The notes below the pieces were generated by a model, which ran no database searches, was not told where the DNA came from, and saw nothing but the letters and a program-made list of their open reading frames with translations. Both the position numbers and the translations under genes were made by a program. DNA of 64,000 nucleotides from Paludibacteraceae bacterium (GTDB lineage Bacteria > Bacteroidota > Bacteroidia > Bacteroidales > Paludibacteraceae): assembly GCA_905233935.1 (NCBI GenBank), contig CAJOFU010000002.1, positions 11,453 to 75,452 of the forward strand. Direction: 5' to 3'. Each line of letters begins with the position of its first letter. Position 1 is the first letter of the stretch. This document shows, one piece after another, positions 1 through 8,161 of this stretch.

Positions 1-3
1 AAA

Positions 4-35
4 TTTGCAAATGTGAGATTTTTTTTGTAACTTTG
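4..35 (+). promoter_or_regulatory. Bacteroidota-type promoter (-33 TTTG / -7 TAnnTTTG)
   Basis: TTTG at 4-7, 20-nt spacer, TAACTTTG at 28-35; next ATG at 83. Confidence 0.6.
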
Positions 36-82
36 TACGATTTTTGGCAAAGTGTTTGCTAAAGCAAACGTATCAGACAATT

Positions 83-736
83 ATGAAGAATATAGCATTT
101 ATCATCAACCCGATGTCGGGAACGCAGAACAAACGTCGTCTGCCTAAGGTAATCAATGAGTTACTGGACAAGAGTCAGTGGCTGGAGAATATGGTGTTCA
201 CAGAACATGTAGGTCACGCTTTGGCTCTCGCCAAGCAATATGCCACCATGGGCTTTGATGCCGTGGTAGCCGTAGGCGGTGACGGCACGGTGCGTGAGGT
301 GGCGGAAGGTATAGCCGGAAGTCATTCTGCTCTTGGTATTATTCCTATGGGACTTACCAATACCCTTGCTCGTCACTTGGGTATACCTCTCCGCGGTAAC
401 GCTACTATCACGTGGCTCAACCATTGCGAACCGGTGCTGTGCGACAGTATCGAGGTGACGATTGACGATATGAAACCGTTCACCGCGATGACAAGTGTGG
501 CAGCAGGTGATACTCGGTTCGTTAATTGCGCACAAGGCGTCAAGACCAGTATCCAAGACGGGAAGATAGAGATGTCGCGTGCCGAAAGTCCGGAGATGAA
601 AGAAGAGGGAAAAGCATTTGAATGCGCATATTCCGGCAAGGTGATTGCCGACAGCGAGGAATATGATGCTGATTGTTGTGTAAATGTACGTGTCAAAGAG
701 GATTCAATCTATATCCTTGCGCAAAAGAGATTCTAA
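83..736 (+). CDS. Diacylglycerol/lipid kinase family protein (YegS-like), short divergent C-terminus
   Basis: ORF 44..736 trimmed to the first ATG (MKNIAFIINPMSG). DAGK catalytic-domain motifs are present: FIINP.SG, AVVAVGGDGTVREV, IIPMG..N..AR. Confidence 0.75.
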   Translation: MKNIAFIINPMSGTQNKRRLPKVINELLDKSQWLENMVFTEHVGHALALAKQYATMGFDAVVAVGGDGTVREVAEGIAGSHSALGIIPMGLTNTLARHLGIPLRGNATITWLNHCEPVLCDSIEVTIDDMKPFTAMTSVAAGDTRFVNCAQGVKTSIQDGKIEMSRAESPEMKEEGKAFECAYSGKVIADSEEYDADCCVNVRVKEDSIYILAQKRF

Positions 737-747
737 ATTATTGAACG

Positions 748-2286
748 TTGAAAATCGGAAGAATCATAGTATTATTGTCAGTACTGTTCGTAGTGAGCGG
801 TACTATGTCGGGTAAAAGCGATGCCAAGACAAAGCACCCCGCTACGATAACCGAGCAGGAGCAGATGCGACTGGATTACTACTTGTACGCAGCATTGGAT
901 GCCGCGGAACGGAAAAATCATGCAGAAGCATTCTTTCTGCTGGAGTTATGCCACTCGATTGACTCATTGAATCCAACGGTGAGTTCGTTGAGAGGTTCGT
1001 ACATGCAGAGTTTGTACGGAGCAAAAGCAGCGTTGCCCCTACTCCGTCGTGCATACGAAGGGTCTGCTGACGACTACTGGTACAGATATGCGGTTGCCGC
1101 TTACGAAAACGGGCTACGCAGCGTAGCGCTGAAGGTGATTGCCGATATGGAGAAACGGCAACCGAAAGACCTTGATGTCCTGGAGTTGCACGAGCAGATT
1201 CTCCGTCATGAGCATAAGTACAAACAAGCACTTGCTATTCGTGACAAGGTGGATAAACTGACCGGAGAGCCAACGGTGTATTCGGTTATCACACGCTTTG
1301 AGATTCTCAACGAATCCGGTGACAAAGAGAAAGCTCTGCTGGTGCTTGACAACTATCTGGAGCAGAATCCCAATGATGCAAGGATGCGCGCGATGCGTAC
1401 AGATCTGCGCCTACAGGATGCGCGAATGAACAACGACCGTCATGCTGGTGACTCTTTACTCAACGAGCAACTTCGTTCTGCCGAAGTTGCCTTACCATCG
1501 AAACTGACAAAGCTGAATAACAACTGCGAGTGGCTGGGTTATGATGCCGGGATGAAGAAGAGTGCACTGCTTGAGTTGCGTGATCAGTATCCCTACGAGC
1601 AACAAGCATACCGGGCACTGCTGGATCACGAGCTGGAGCAAGGCAACAAAGGTGCTGCTCTTGAGATCGGTCGCACGATGTTGACAATGAACCCTACGGA
1701 CAATAAACTGCGTGAGCAGATAGCCGACCTGATGCGTGATGACGAGAATATCACCAATGAGCAAGTCGGGCTATTCATTGACGAGAGTTATGCTGTTCTG
1801 CCCGATGATCCCAAATGGGGATACTTCAAAGCTATGCGCTGCTGGCAACGTGATGATTACGACTCCACGCTGATTGTATTGGAGCGCGCATTGCAGCACG
1901 CCGAAGAACCGACCGTACGGCTCACAATCCTTGTGCTTTACGGCGATATTCTCGGGCACGTAAAGAACTATGAGAAGGCGTTTGCAGCCTACGATGAGGT
2001 TCTCAATCTCGCACCTGATCATATCAGTACGCTCAACAACTATGCCTGGACACTTGCTATCAGTGGCGGCGATCTTAAAAAAGCCGAGAAGATGAGTCAA
2101 CGCACTATACAGAAAGAAGGAAACAATCCCACCTACCTTGATACATACGCATGGATTCTCCACCTGCAAGGTCAAAATCAGTTGGCACTATTCTATATTA
2201 AGAAAGCTATGGAGTACGCCACAATTGATGACGGAACGATTAAGGAACATTATAATGAAATACTAAATGCTACACAAAAAGAATAA
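748..2286 (+). CDS. Tetratricopeptide-repeat protein with N-terminal signal/anchor
   Basis: TTG start gives a hydrophobic N-terminus (MKIGRIIVLLSVLFVVSG). TPR-like helical repeats throughout, e.g. YEKAFAAYDEVLNLAPDHISTLNNYAW. Confidence 0.7.
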   Translation: MKIGRIIVLLSVLFVVSGTMSGKSDAKTKHPATITEQEQMRLDYYLYAALDAAERKNHAEAFFLLELCHSIDSLNPTVSSLRGSYMQSLYGAKAALPLLRRAYEGSADDYWYRYAVAAYENGLRSVALKVIADMEKRQPKDLDVLELHEQILRHEHKYKQALAIRDKVDKLTGEPTVYSVITRFEILNESGDKEKALLVLDNYLEQNPNDARMRAMRTDLRLQDARMNNDRHAGDSLLNEQLRSAEVALPSKLTKLNNNCEWLGYDAGMKKSALLELRDQYPYEQQAYRALLDHELEQGNKGAALEIGRTMLTMNPTDNKLREQIADLMRDDENITNEQVGLFIDESYAVLPDDPKWGYFKAMRCWQRDDYDSTLIVLERALQHAEEPTVRLTILVLYGDILGHVKNYEKAFAAYDEVLNLAPDHISTLNNYAWTLAISGGDLKKAEKMSQRTIQKEGNNPTYLDTYAWILHLQGQNQLALFYIKKAMEYATIDDGTIKEHYNEILNATQKE

Positions 2287-2313
2287 ATTGTGAAGCCATC
2301 AACGATACAGAAT

Positions 2314-2997
2314 ATGAAACGAAGATTGTATATTATTGCCCTGTTGGCTATGGGGATGATAGTCGCAACGGGATGTGCTAACAAGAAAAAAATAGCCCGG
2401 CAGCAAGAAGCCGAGTTGCGCCGTCAACAGGATTCGATTGCATTGGTTCAAAAGCAACAAGAAGAATTGGCACGTGCAGAAGCGGAAGCATTGGAACGTC
2501 AACGCCTACAAGATTCGATAGAAGCAGCGCGGAAAGCGATGGTGCAGACGATGAATATTCCACGAATGACAATAACAGTCGTGATCCAAGGCAAGCAGAT
2601 CACCACTCCAGCCACCTTGCGCTGGCAGCGTAGTACGGCTATTTCCCTGAGCATTCAGCCGATGGCAGGTATAGAGATGCTCCGCATTGAAGCCAACGTG
2701 GATAATGTGACCATCATTGACAAACTCAACCGACGCTACACCCGACTCACATATAGTGAACTGGCAGAGATGGGAGTAGAAATGTCACAGGATGAACTGG
2801 ATGCGTGGATAGACAATCATATCCTTGCCCATCGCGACGAACCGCAACTGACGATGCAAGTGACACGTGCCGGAATGAGCGGGTCAGCGGTTATTTACAC
2901 CAACACTATCCAGACTGACGGGAACGTCAATTTGCGACCGACGAACGTTGAGACTTATCGCCAAGTGTCACTCCAACAATTGATATCAGGCATTTGA
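2314..2997 (+). CDS. Lipoprotein, possibly DUF4292/LolB-like
   Basis: ATG at 2314 gives a lipobox (LLAMGMIVATGC), then a Q/E/R-rich coiled segment. Its position between the TPR and M23 genes matches common Bacteroidales synteny (from memory, unverified). Confidence 0.55.
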   Translation: MKRRLYIIALLAMGMIVATGCANKKKIARQQEAELRRQQDSIALVQKQQEELARAEAEALERQRLQDSIEAARKAMVQTMNIPRMTITVVIQGKQITTPATLRWQRSTAISLSIQPMAGIEMLRIEANVDNVTIIDKLNRRYTRLTYSELAEMGVEMSQDELDAWIDNHILAHRDEPQLTMQVTRAGMSGSAVIYTNTIQTDGNVNLRPTNVETYRQVSLQQLISGI

Positions 2998-3022
2998 TAA
3001 TTTGAAATATTTGAATCGGAAT

Positions 3023-4195
3023 ATGAGAGTGCAACGATTACACATAGTCTTGTATCTACTGCTTGCGGCAGTATGCATCAGTGCCCAAGATCTCAAGGAA
3101 TTACAGGCTCAGCAGAAGAAATATGCCGAGGAACTCGAGAATACCGGCAAGATGATCAGTCAGACCAAACAGAATGAGAAGGCTACAGAGAACAAACTGA
3201 ACCTTATCGGTCAGGATATCCGTACGCGCAAGAAACTGATTAACTCCATCAATCAGGAACTTGTGGCATTGGACAAAGAGCAGAACCGTCTGCAAAACGA
3301 ACAGTCGCGTCTGGAAGCCGAGCTCGATTCGCTCAAGCGGGATTATGCCAACCTGGTGCAGTTGACGCACTACGCCGACATGCAGCAATCGCCGCTGTTG
3401 TTCCTGCTATCCGCCAAGGACTTCAACCAACTCTTCCGACGCATCCGATATATGCGCGAATTTGCAGCCTACAGACAGGAGCAAGTCGAGCGTATAGAGA
3501 ATATCAAGGCTGACATACAAATCCAGTCAAACCTCATACAAGACAACCGCAAGGAAAAAGACAATGCACTCAAGACACAACAACGCGAACGAGACCAGCT
3601 TGCCCGTAACGAGCGCAAGCAGAAAGCCATGTTGCAGGATCTCAAGAAGAAAGAGAAGGAACTGACAGCCAAGCAAAAACAGCAACAGAAGAAGATCGAC
3701 GAGTTGAACAAACAGATCGAGAAAGCCATTGCCAAGCAGGTTGACCGCAAGCAGCAACTCACCAAGGAGCAGGAACTCATTGCCGGAGGATTTGCAGCAA
3801 ACAAAGGCCGGTTGCCGTGGCCTGTGGAGAAAGGTTTCATCAGCGGACACTACGGCAAGCACCAGCATCCTGTATATGAGAATGTAACAATCAACAACAA
3901 AGGCGTTTATATCCAAACTACAGCAGGAAGCAATGCGCGTGTCGTATATGAAGGCGAAGTGACAACGTGTATGGTCATGGGATCTACATACGCCATTATC
4001 GTGCAACACGGTAACTACCGTACGGTCTATACAGGTATTCAGACTCCGGCAGTCAAACCCGGTGACAAAGTAAAAGCCAAGCAGAATATCGGTAAGATTG
4101 CATCTAACCCCGATGATGATAACAAGACAGAGTTGCAGTTCCAAGTATGGGAAGACAGAACACTGCTGAATCCGGAGCTTTGGCTGGCTCAGTAA
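3023..4195 (+). CDS. Peptidase M23 family murein hydrolase/activator (EnvC-like)
   Basis: Signal peptide, long coiled coil, and a C-terminal M23/LytM-like domain (GVYIQT..., IVQHGNYRTVYTGI..., VKPGDKVKAKQNIGKI). Confidence 0.8.
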   Translation: MRVQRLHIVLYLLLAAVCISAQDLKELQAQQKKYAEELENTGKMISQTKQNEKATENKLNLIGQDIRTRKKLINSINQELVALDKEQNRLQNEQSRLEAELDSLKRDYANLVQLTHYADMQQSPLLFLLSAKDFNQLFRRIRYMREFAAYRQEQVERIENIKADIQIQSNLIQDNRKEKDNALKTQQRERDQLARNERKQKAMLQDLKKKEKELTAKQKQQQKKIDELNKQIEKAIAKQVDRKQQLTKEQELIAGGFAANKGRLPWPVEKGFISGHYGKHQHPVYENVTINNKGVYIQTTAGSNARVVYEGEVTTCMVMGSTYAIIVQHGNYRTVYTGIQTPAVKPGDKVKAKQNIGKIASNPDDDNKTELQFQVWEDRTLLNPELWLAQ

Positions 4196-4233
4196 GTTGA
4201 GAGTTTATCGTTTAACGAAGTTGAAAGTTTATT

Positions 4234-4737
4234 ATGATGAAACGAATTGGATATACATTGGTATTGTTGCTTGCGCTGACAGGTTGCAAGCAGAACAATT
4301 ATCTGGATTGGAAATCCCTGAACGAGTCGTGGTTGGAATATAACAAAACACAGCCCGGTGTAGTAACCACCACAACGGGATTGCAGTACAAACAGCTCAA
4401 CCCAAGCCCTAATCCCACAGAGAGCCGACCAAACTACAACAGCACTGTAGTAGTCGATTACAAGCTTTACCTCATCAGCAGTTATAGCGGGAAAGATTAC
4501 GTATATAACAAAGGACAGTTGTTGCAGGAAAGTACCGATGCCATATTTCTGTTACAACAAACCGTACCCGGATTCTCCGAAGGATTGCAAAAGATGCACG
4601 TGCATGATGACTTTGTGCTGTATATCCCTCACAGTTTAGGCTATGGTTCGGATGGCACCGGCACGGAAGGGTATTTCGGATATATTCCTCCCTATTCCAC
4701 CCTCATCTATGAGGTACATCTTAAGGCTATGCAATAA
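4234..4737 (+). CDS. FKBP-type peptidyl-prolyl cis-trans isomerase lipoprotein
   Basis: Lipobox LLALTGC; FKBP C-terminal motifs (VPGFSEGLQKM, LYIPHSLGYG, IPPYSTLIYEVHL). Confidence 0.8.
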   Translation: MMKRIGYTLVLLLALTGCKQNNYLDWKSLNESWLEYNKTQPGVVTTTTGLQYKQLNPSPNPTESRPNYNSTVVVDYKLYLISSYSGKDYVYNKGQLLQESTDAIFLLQQTVPGFSEGLQKMHVHDDFVLYIPHSLGYGSDGTGTEGYFGYIPPYSTLIYEVHLKAMQ

Positions 4738-4740
4738 GTT

Positions 4741-5235
4741 ATGCGTAACTGTTTCTACATAATGCTTGTGTGTGCAGCTATGCTGCTGACAGGGTGTGAA
4801 GGAATAAACTACCGCAGTTCAGTACCTACTCACCCTGTGCTTTTGGAGATAGATACGCATGTAGGAATGTATATCCATTTCGTACCGGAGAATGTGGGAA
4901 CATACCTCATAGCCGATGCCGGAGGTATTCATCTGAACGGGATCACTCAACCTCTGACAGTTATGGATGCATACGGATATGCCGGTACTATAGTATATAT
5001 CGACGGTTGGCATCCTTACGCTGCATACGATCTATGTTGTCCGAACTGCCTAAGACGCGACAAACCTTGTGTTGTGGACGGAATGTTTGCCGTATGTCCG
5101 ATATGCGGAGAGAAATATGACTTGGCATCGGGTACGGCTGCTCCAATTAACGGTATTGCTCATGAAACGCTACGCATATACAGAGCCAACTACAATACTG
5201 CGACGGGTAAGTTGCTCGTCACCTTGCCACAATAA
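4741..5235 (+). CDS. Cys-rich lipoprotein of unknown function (CxxC...CxxC zinc-ribbon-like)
   Basis: Lipobox MLLTGC; CCPNC ... CPIC pair near the C-terminus; 4-nt gap from the upstream gene. Confidence 0.6.
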   Translation: MRNCFYIMLVCAAMLLTGCEGINYRSSVPTHPVLLEIDTHVGMYIHFVPENVGTYLIADAGGIHLNGITQPLTVMDAYGYAGTIVYIDGWHPYAAYDLCCPNCLRRDKPCVVDGMFAVCPICGEKYDLASGTAAPINGIAHETLRIYRANYNTATGKLLVTLPQ

Positions 5236-5262
5236 CAACGAATACAATGTAATTTACGCATA

Positions 5263-5787
5263 GTGATAAGCGAGCATGAAATAGTGCATATCGGTCGCAT
5301 TCAGCGCACGCATGGTACAAAGGGCGAGTTGCAATGCAGGATGCTGAATACCTGTTGGGAAGACAACGATGCGACATTTATCATCTTGAACGTGAACTCC
5401 ATCTACGTGCCTTTTCGCGTGACAGATTGGCGCACAAAGGGAAGTGAAGATGTGCTGCTAACCCTGCAGGGCGTCAATTCCGAGCAACATGCTTTGCGTT
5501 ATGTAGGTACAGAGGCATACATGCTACGTTCCGATCTTCCGGAAAATATAGGTATTGCAACTGATTTCGGTTCGTTAACAGGATATACCCTTTGTGATAC
5601 AGAGCATGGCGTATTAGGCACAATCACAGCCATCGACACCTCTACGATGAACACATTGGTGCAATTGGATAACGGCATATTATTGCCTTTGTACGAGGAT
5701 TTTGTTGCCGAAGCGGACGAACAGGCGAAAGTGCTCACCGTTCGTCTTCCGAAAGGGCTAATAAACAATGAATGCGATATTATTTGA
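5263..5787 (+). CDS. rimM: 16S rRNA processing protein RimM
   Basis: GTG start; N-terminal IGRIQRTHGTKGEL motif typical of RimM; PRC-barrel-like C-terminus. Confidence 0.8.
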   Translation: MISEHEIVHIGRIQRTHGTKGELQCRMLNTCWEDNDATFIILNVNSIYVPFRVTDWRTKGSEDVLLTLQGVNSEQHALRYVGTEAYMLRSDLPENIGIATDFGSLTGYTLCDTEHGVLGTITAIDTSTMNTLVQLDNGILLPLYEDFVAEADEQAKVLTVRLPKGLINNECDII

Positions 5788-5793
5788 TAGTGT

Positions 5794-6363
5794 ATGTCGG
5801 AAAGTACAAAGAAGAACATACAGGAGATGCACCGCTTGACACCTGAAGCGTTTCGCGAGACGAAGAAAGTGCCATTGGTAGTAGTGCTTGACAATGTGCG
5901 TAGTCAGCACAATGTTGGTGCAGTGTTCCGCACTGCGGATGCTTTCTGTATTGAAGGGCTATGCTTGTGCGGCATCACATCATGTCCACCTAATACCGAG
6001 ATCCATAAGACCGCATTGGGCGCAGAACAGACGGTTAGTTACACTTGTTATGAGCGTACAACAGATGCTATCGATTTACTGCATAAAAAGGGGTATATGG
6101 TTTATGCTGTCGAATTGGCACACACTGCCGTGACTCTTGAGCATGCCATTGATATATACAACCAATGCACCCTACCCCAAGGTGTGGCACTGGTGTTAGG
6201 TCATGAGGTGTTTGGCGTGGCAGATGAGGTACTGGCATTATGTGACGGCTGTATCGAACTGCCGCAGTATGGGACGAAACATTCGCTGAACGTAAGCGTT
6301 ACAGCAGGAATTGTGATGTATGCGTGGGCGAAAGCGATAAGAGACCGTTTCCCTGAAAGATAA
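5794..6363 (+). CDS. SpoU/TrmH family RNA 2'-O-methyltransferase
   Basis: Motifs NVGAVFRTADAF, LVLGHEVFGV, IPQYGTKHSLNVSVTAGIVMY. Confidence 0.85.
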   Translation: MSESTKKNIQEMHRLTPEAFRETKKVPLVVVLDNVRSQHNVGAVFRTADAFCIEGLCLCGITSCPPNTEIHKTALGAEQTVSYTCYERTTDAIDLLHKKGYMVYAVELAHTAVTLEHAIDIYNQCTLPQGVALVLGHEVFGVADEVLALCDGCIELPQYGTKHSLNVSVTAGIVMYAWAKAIRDRFPER

Positions 6364-6388
6364 AAGACCGTTACACTGAAAGAATAAA
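6338..6388 (+). repeat. ~24-bp tandem duplication spanning the SpoU stop codon
   Basis: aagagaccgtttccctgaaagataa / aagaccgttacactgaaagaataa; each copy ends in TAA. Confidence 0.6.
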
Positions 6389-6395
6389 GACGAAA

Positions 6396-8132
6396 ATGGA
6401 GTTACTTGCACCGGCAAAGAACATAGAAGTAGCATGTGCCGCTATCATGGCAGGTGCTGATGCTGTGTATATAGGTGCTCCACGTTTCGGTGCACGCCAG
6501 GCTGCTGGTAACAGTATTGAGGATATACGTCAGTTGACCGGTTATGCACATCGTTTCGGTGTAAAAGTACTTGTAACGGTAAATACGCTCATGGATGACA
6601 ACGAGCGCAGAGAAGCGGCGCAGATGGCGTGGCAGTTATACGATGCCGGAGTAGATGCGCTGATTATACAGGATATGCGGCTGCTGACGGAGGATCTGCC
6701 TCCTATCCGACTGCACGCTTCCACACAATGCGACAACAGAACACCTGAGCAAGTAGTACAGTTGCAGCATGCCGGTTTTCGCCGTGCCGTGCTTGCGCGC
6801 GAACTGACGATCGATCAGATTCGTGCTATCCGTGAGGCCACATTGGCGGACAATCCTGATCAGCCGATAGAACTGGAAGTCTTCGTACACGGAGCGGTGT
6901 GCGTTTGCTACTCGGGTAAATGTTTCATGTCCGAGCGGTTGATGGGCAGAAGTGCGAACCGTGGTACCTGTGCACAGATGTGCCGGATGGCATACGATGT
7001 GTTGGATACTCACGGACAAGAACTGCGTGACGATCAAGGCAAGCCTCTACACCAACGTTATGTGCTCTCGCTCAAAGACATGGATCGCTCCGCATATCTG
7101 CGCGAATTGCAAGATGCAGGAGTAAGCACAATAAAGATAGAAGGCCGACTGAAAGATGCCGGTTACGTGACGAATATCGTGGCATACTACCGGCAGAAAC
7201 TGGATGCATTGAACAATAGTAACCGGCTATGTATAACACATGAGTTCGAGCCCAATCCCGAGAAGACCTTTCATCGTGACGGCTCGCCGTATTTCCTACA
7301 CGGAAGAACGGACAGTATGGCGAATTGGGCTACACCCAAATCAACCGGAGAGAAGATCGGCATTGTCACAAGCAGTCATGACCGGACGATACATATCCAA
7401 CTGCTTCCCGGTGTGATACTGCATAACGGTGACGGGCTGTGTTATGGTGACAAAGGATTTCAGGTGAACAGTGTTACCGCATTAAGCGGTTCAGCGGTAG
7501 CGGTTAATACGTTTCGCAAAGAGAATGTACCAGCAGGAACAATGATTTACCGGAATACCGACACTGCATTCTTGAAACAACTACATGCTCATCGTCACAT
7601 TCCTGTAACGCTAACGCTTGCTGTGGTATCTGAGGGATTCAGCCTGACAATTAGCAATAACAACGACACATGGCACGTCACGCGCACCTTTGCTCATCCG
7701 CATACGATTGCCACACAAGGCGAACAAGCCAAACAAACGCAACGTACACAACTTGCGAAGTTAGGTGACAGTTATTATGTAGCTACCAAAGTGAACGTAC
7801 CCGATGAGGCATATTTCATTCCGATGAGTACCTTGAACGCATGGCGCCGTGAGATAATAGCTGTGGCGGCAGAAGTCCAAGATGCAAGCCATAGACGCGA
7901 AACAGTCCAACCCATCCATGCGGATGTTCTTCAACAATCTGATTATGACAGCAGCAATGAGCCGCTGATGACTTGCAAATATTGTATCCTGTATGAGTCG
8001 GGGCACTGCCGCAAACAGCCGACAAGGCTAAAACCGGAGCAAGAACCCCGCTACCTGAGATTAAGTAACGGCACTGTTGTCGAGCTGCAATTCGATTGCA
8101 AGAAATGCGAGATGACTCTGCATGCAACATAA
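6396..8132 (+). CDS. Peptidase U32 family protein, long form (RlhA/YdcP-like architecture)
   Basis: N-terminal MELLAPA...AGADAVYIGAPRFGAR; E.FVHGA.C..YSG.C and GTCAQ.CR motifs; long C-terminal extension with a terminal Cys cluster. Confidence 0.8.
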   Translation: MELLAPAKNIEVACAAIMAGADAVYIGAPRFGARQAAGNSIEDIRQLTGYAHRFGVKVLVTVNTLMDDNERREAAQMAWQLYDAGVDALIIQDMRLLTEDLPPIRLHASTQCDNRTPEQVVQLQHAGFRRAVLARELTIDQIRAIREATLADNPDQPIELEVFVHGAVCVCYSGKCFMSERLMGRSANRGTCAQMCRMAYDVLDTHGQELRDDQGKPLHQRYVLSLKDMDRSAYLRELQDAGVSTIKIEGRLKDAGYVTNIVAYYRQKLDALNNSNRLCITHEFEPNPEKTFHRDGSPYFLHGRTDSMANWATPKSTGEKIGIVTSSHDRTIHIQLLPGVILHNGDGLCYGDKGFQVNSVTALSGSAVAVNTFRKENVPAGTMIYRNTDTAFLKQLHAHRHIPVTLTLAVVSEGFSLTISNNNDTWHVTRTFAHPHTIATQGEQAKQTQRTQLAKLGDSYYVATKVNVPDEAYFIPMSTLNAWRREIIAVAAEVQDASHRRETVQPIHADVLQQSDYDSSNEPLMTCKYCILYESGHCRKQPTRLKPEQEPRYLRLSNGTVVELQFDCKKCEMTLHAT

Positions 8133-8161
8133 AGATAAACAATCAACGATATATAACCGTT

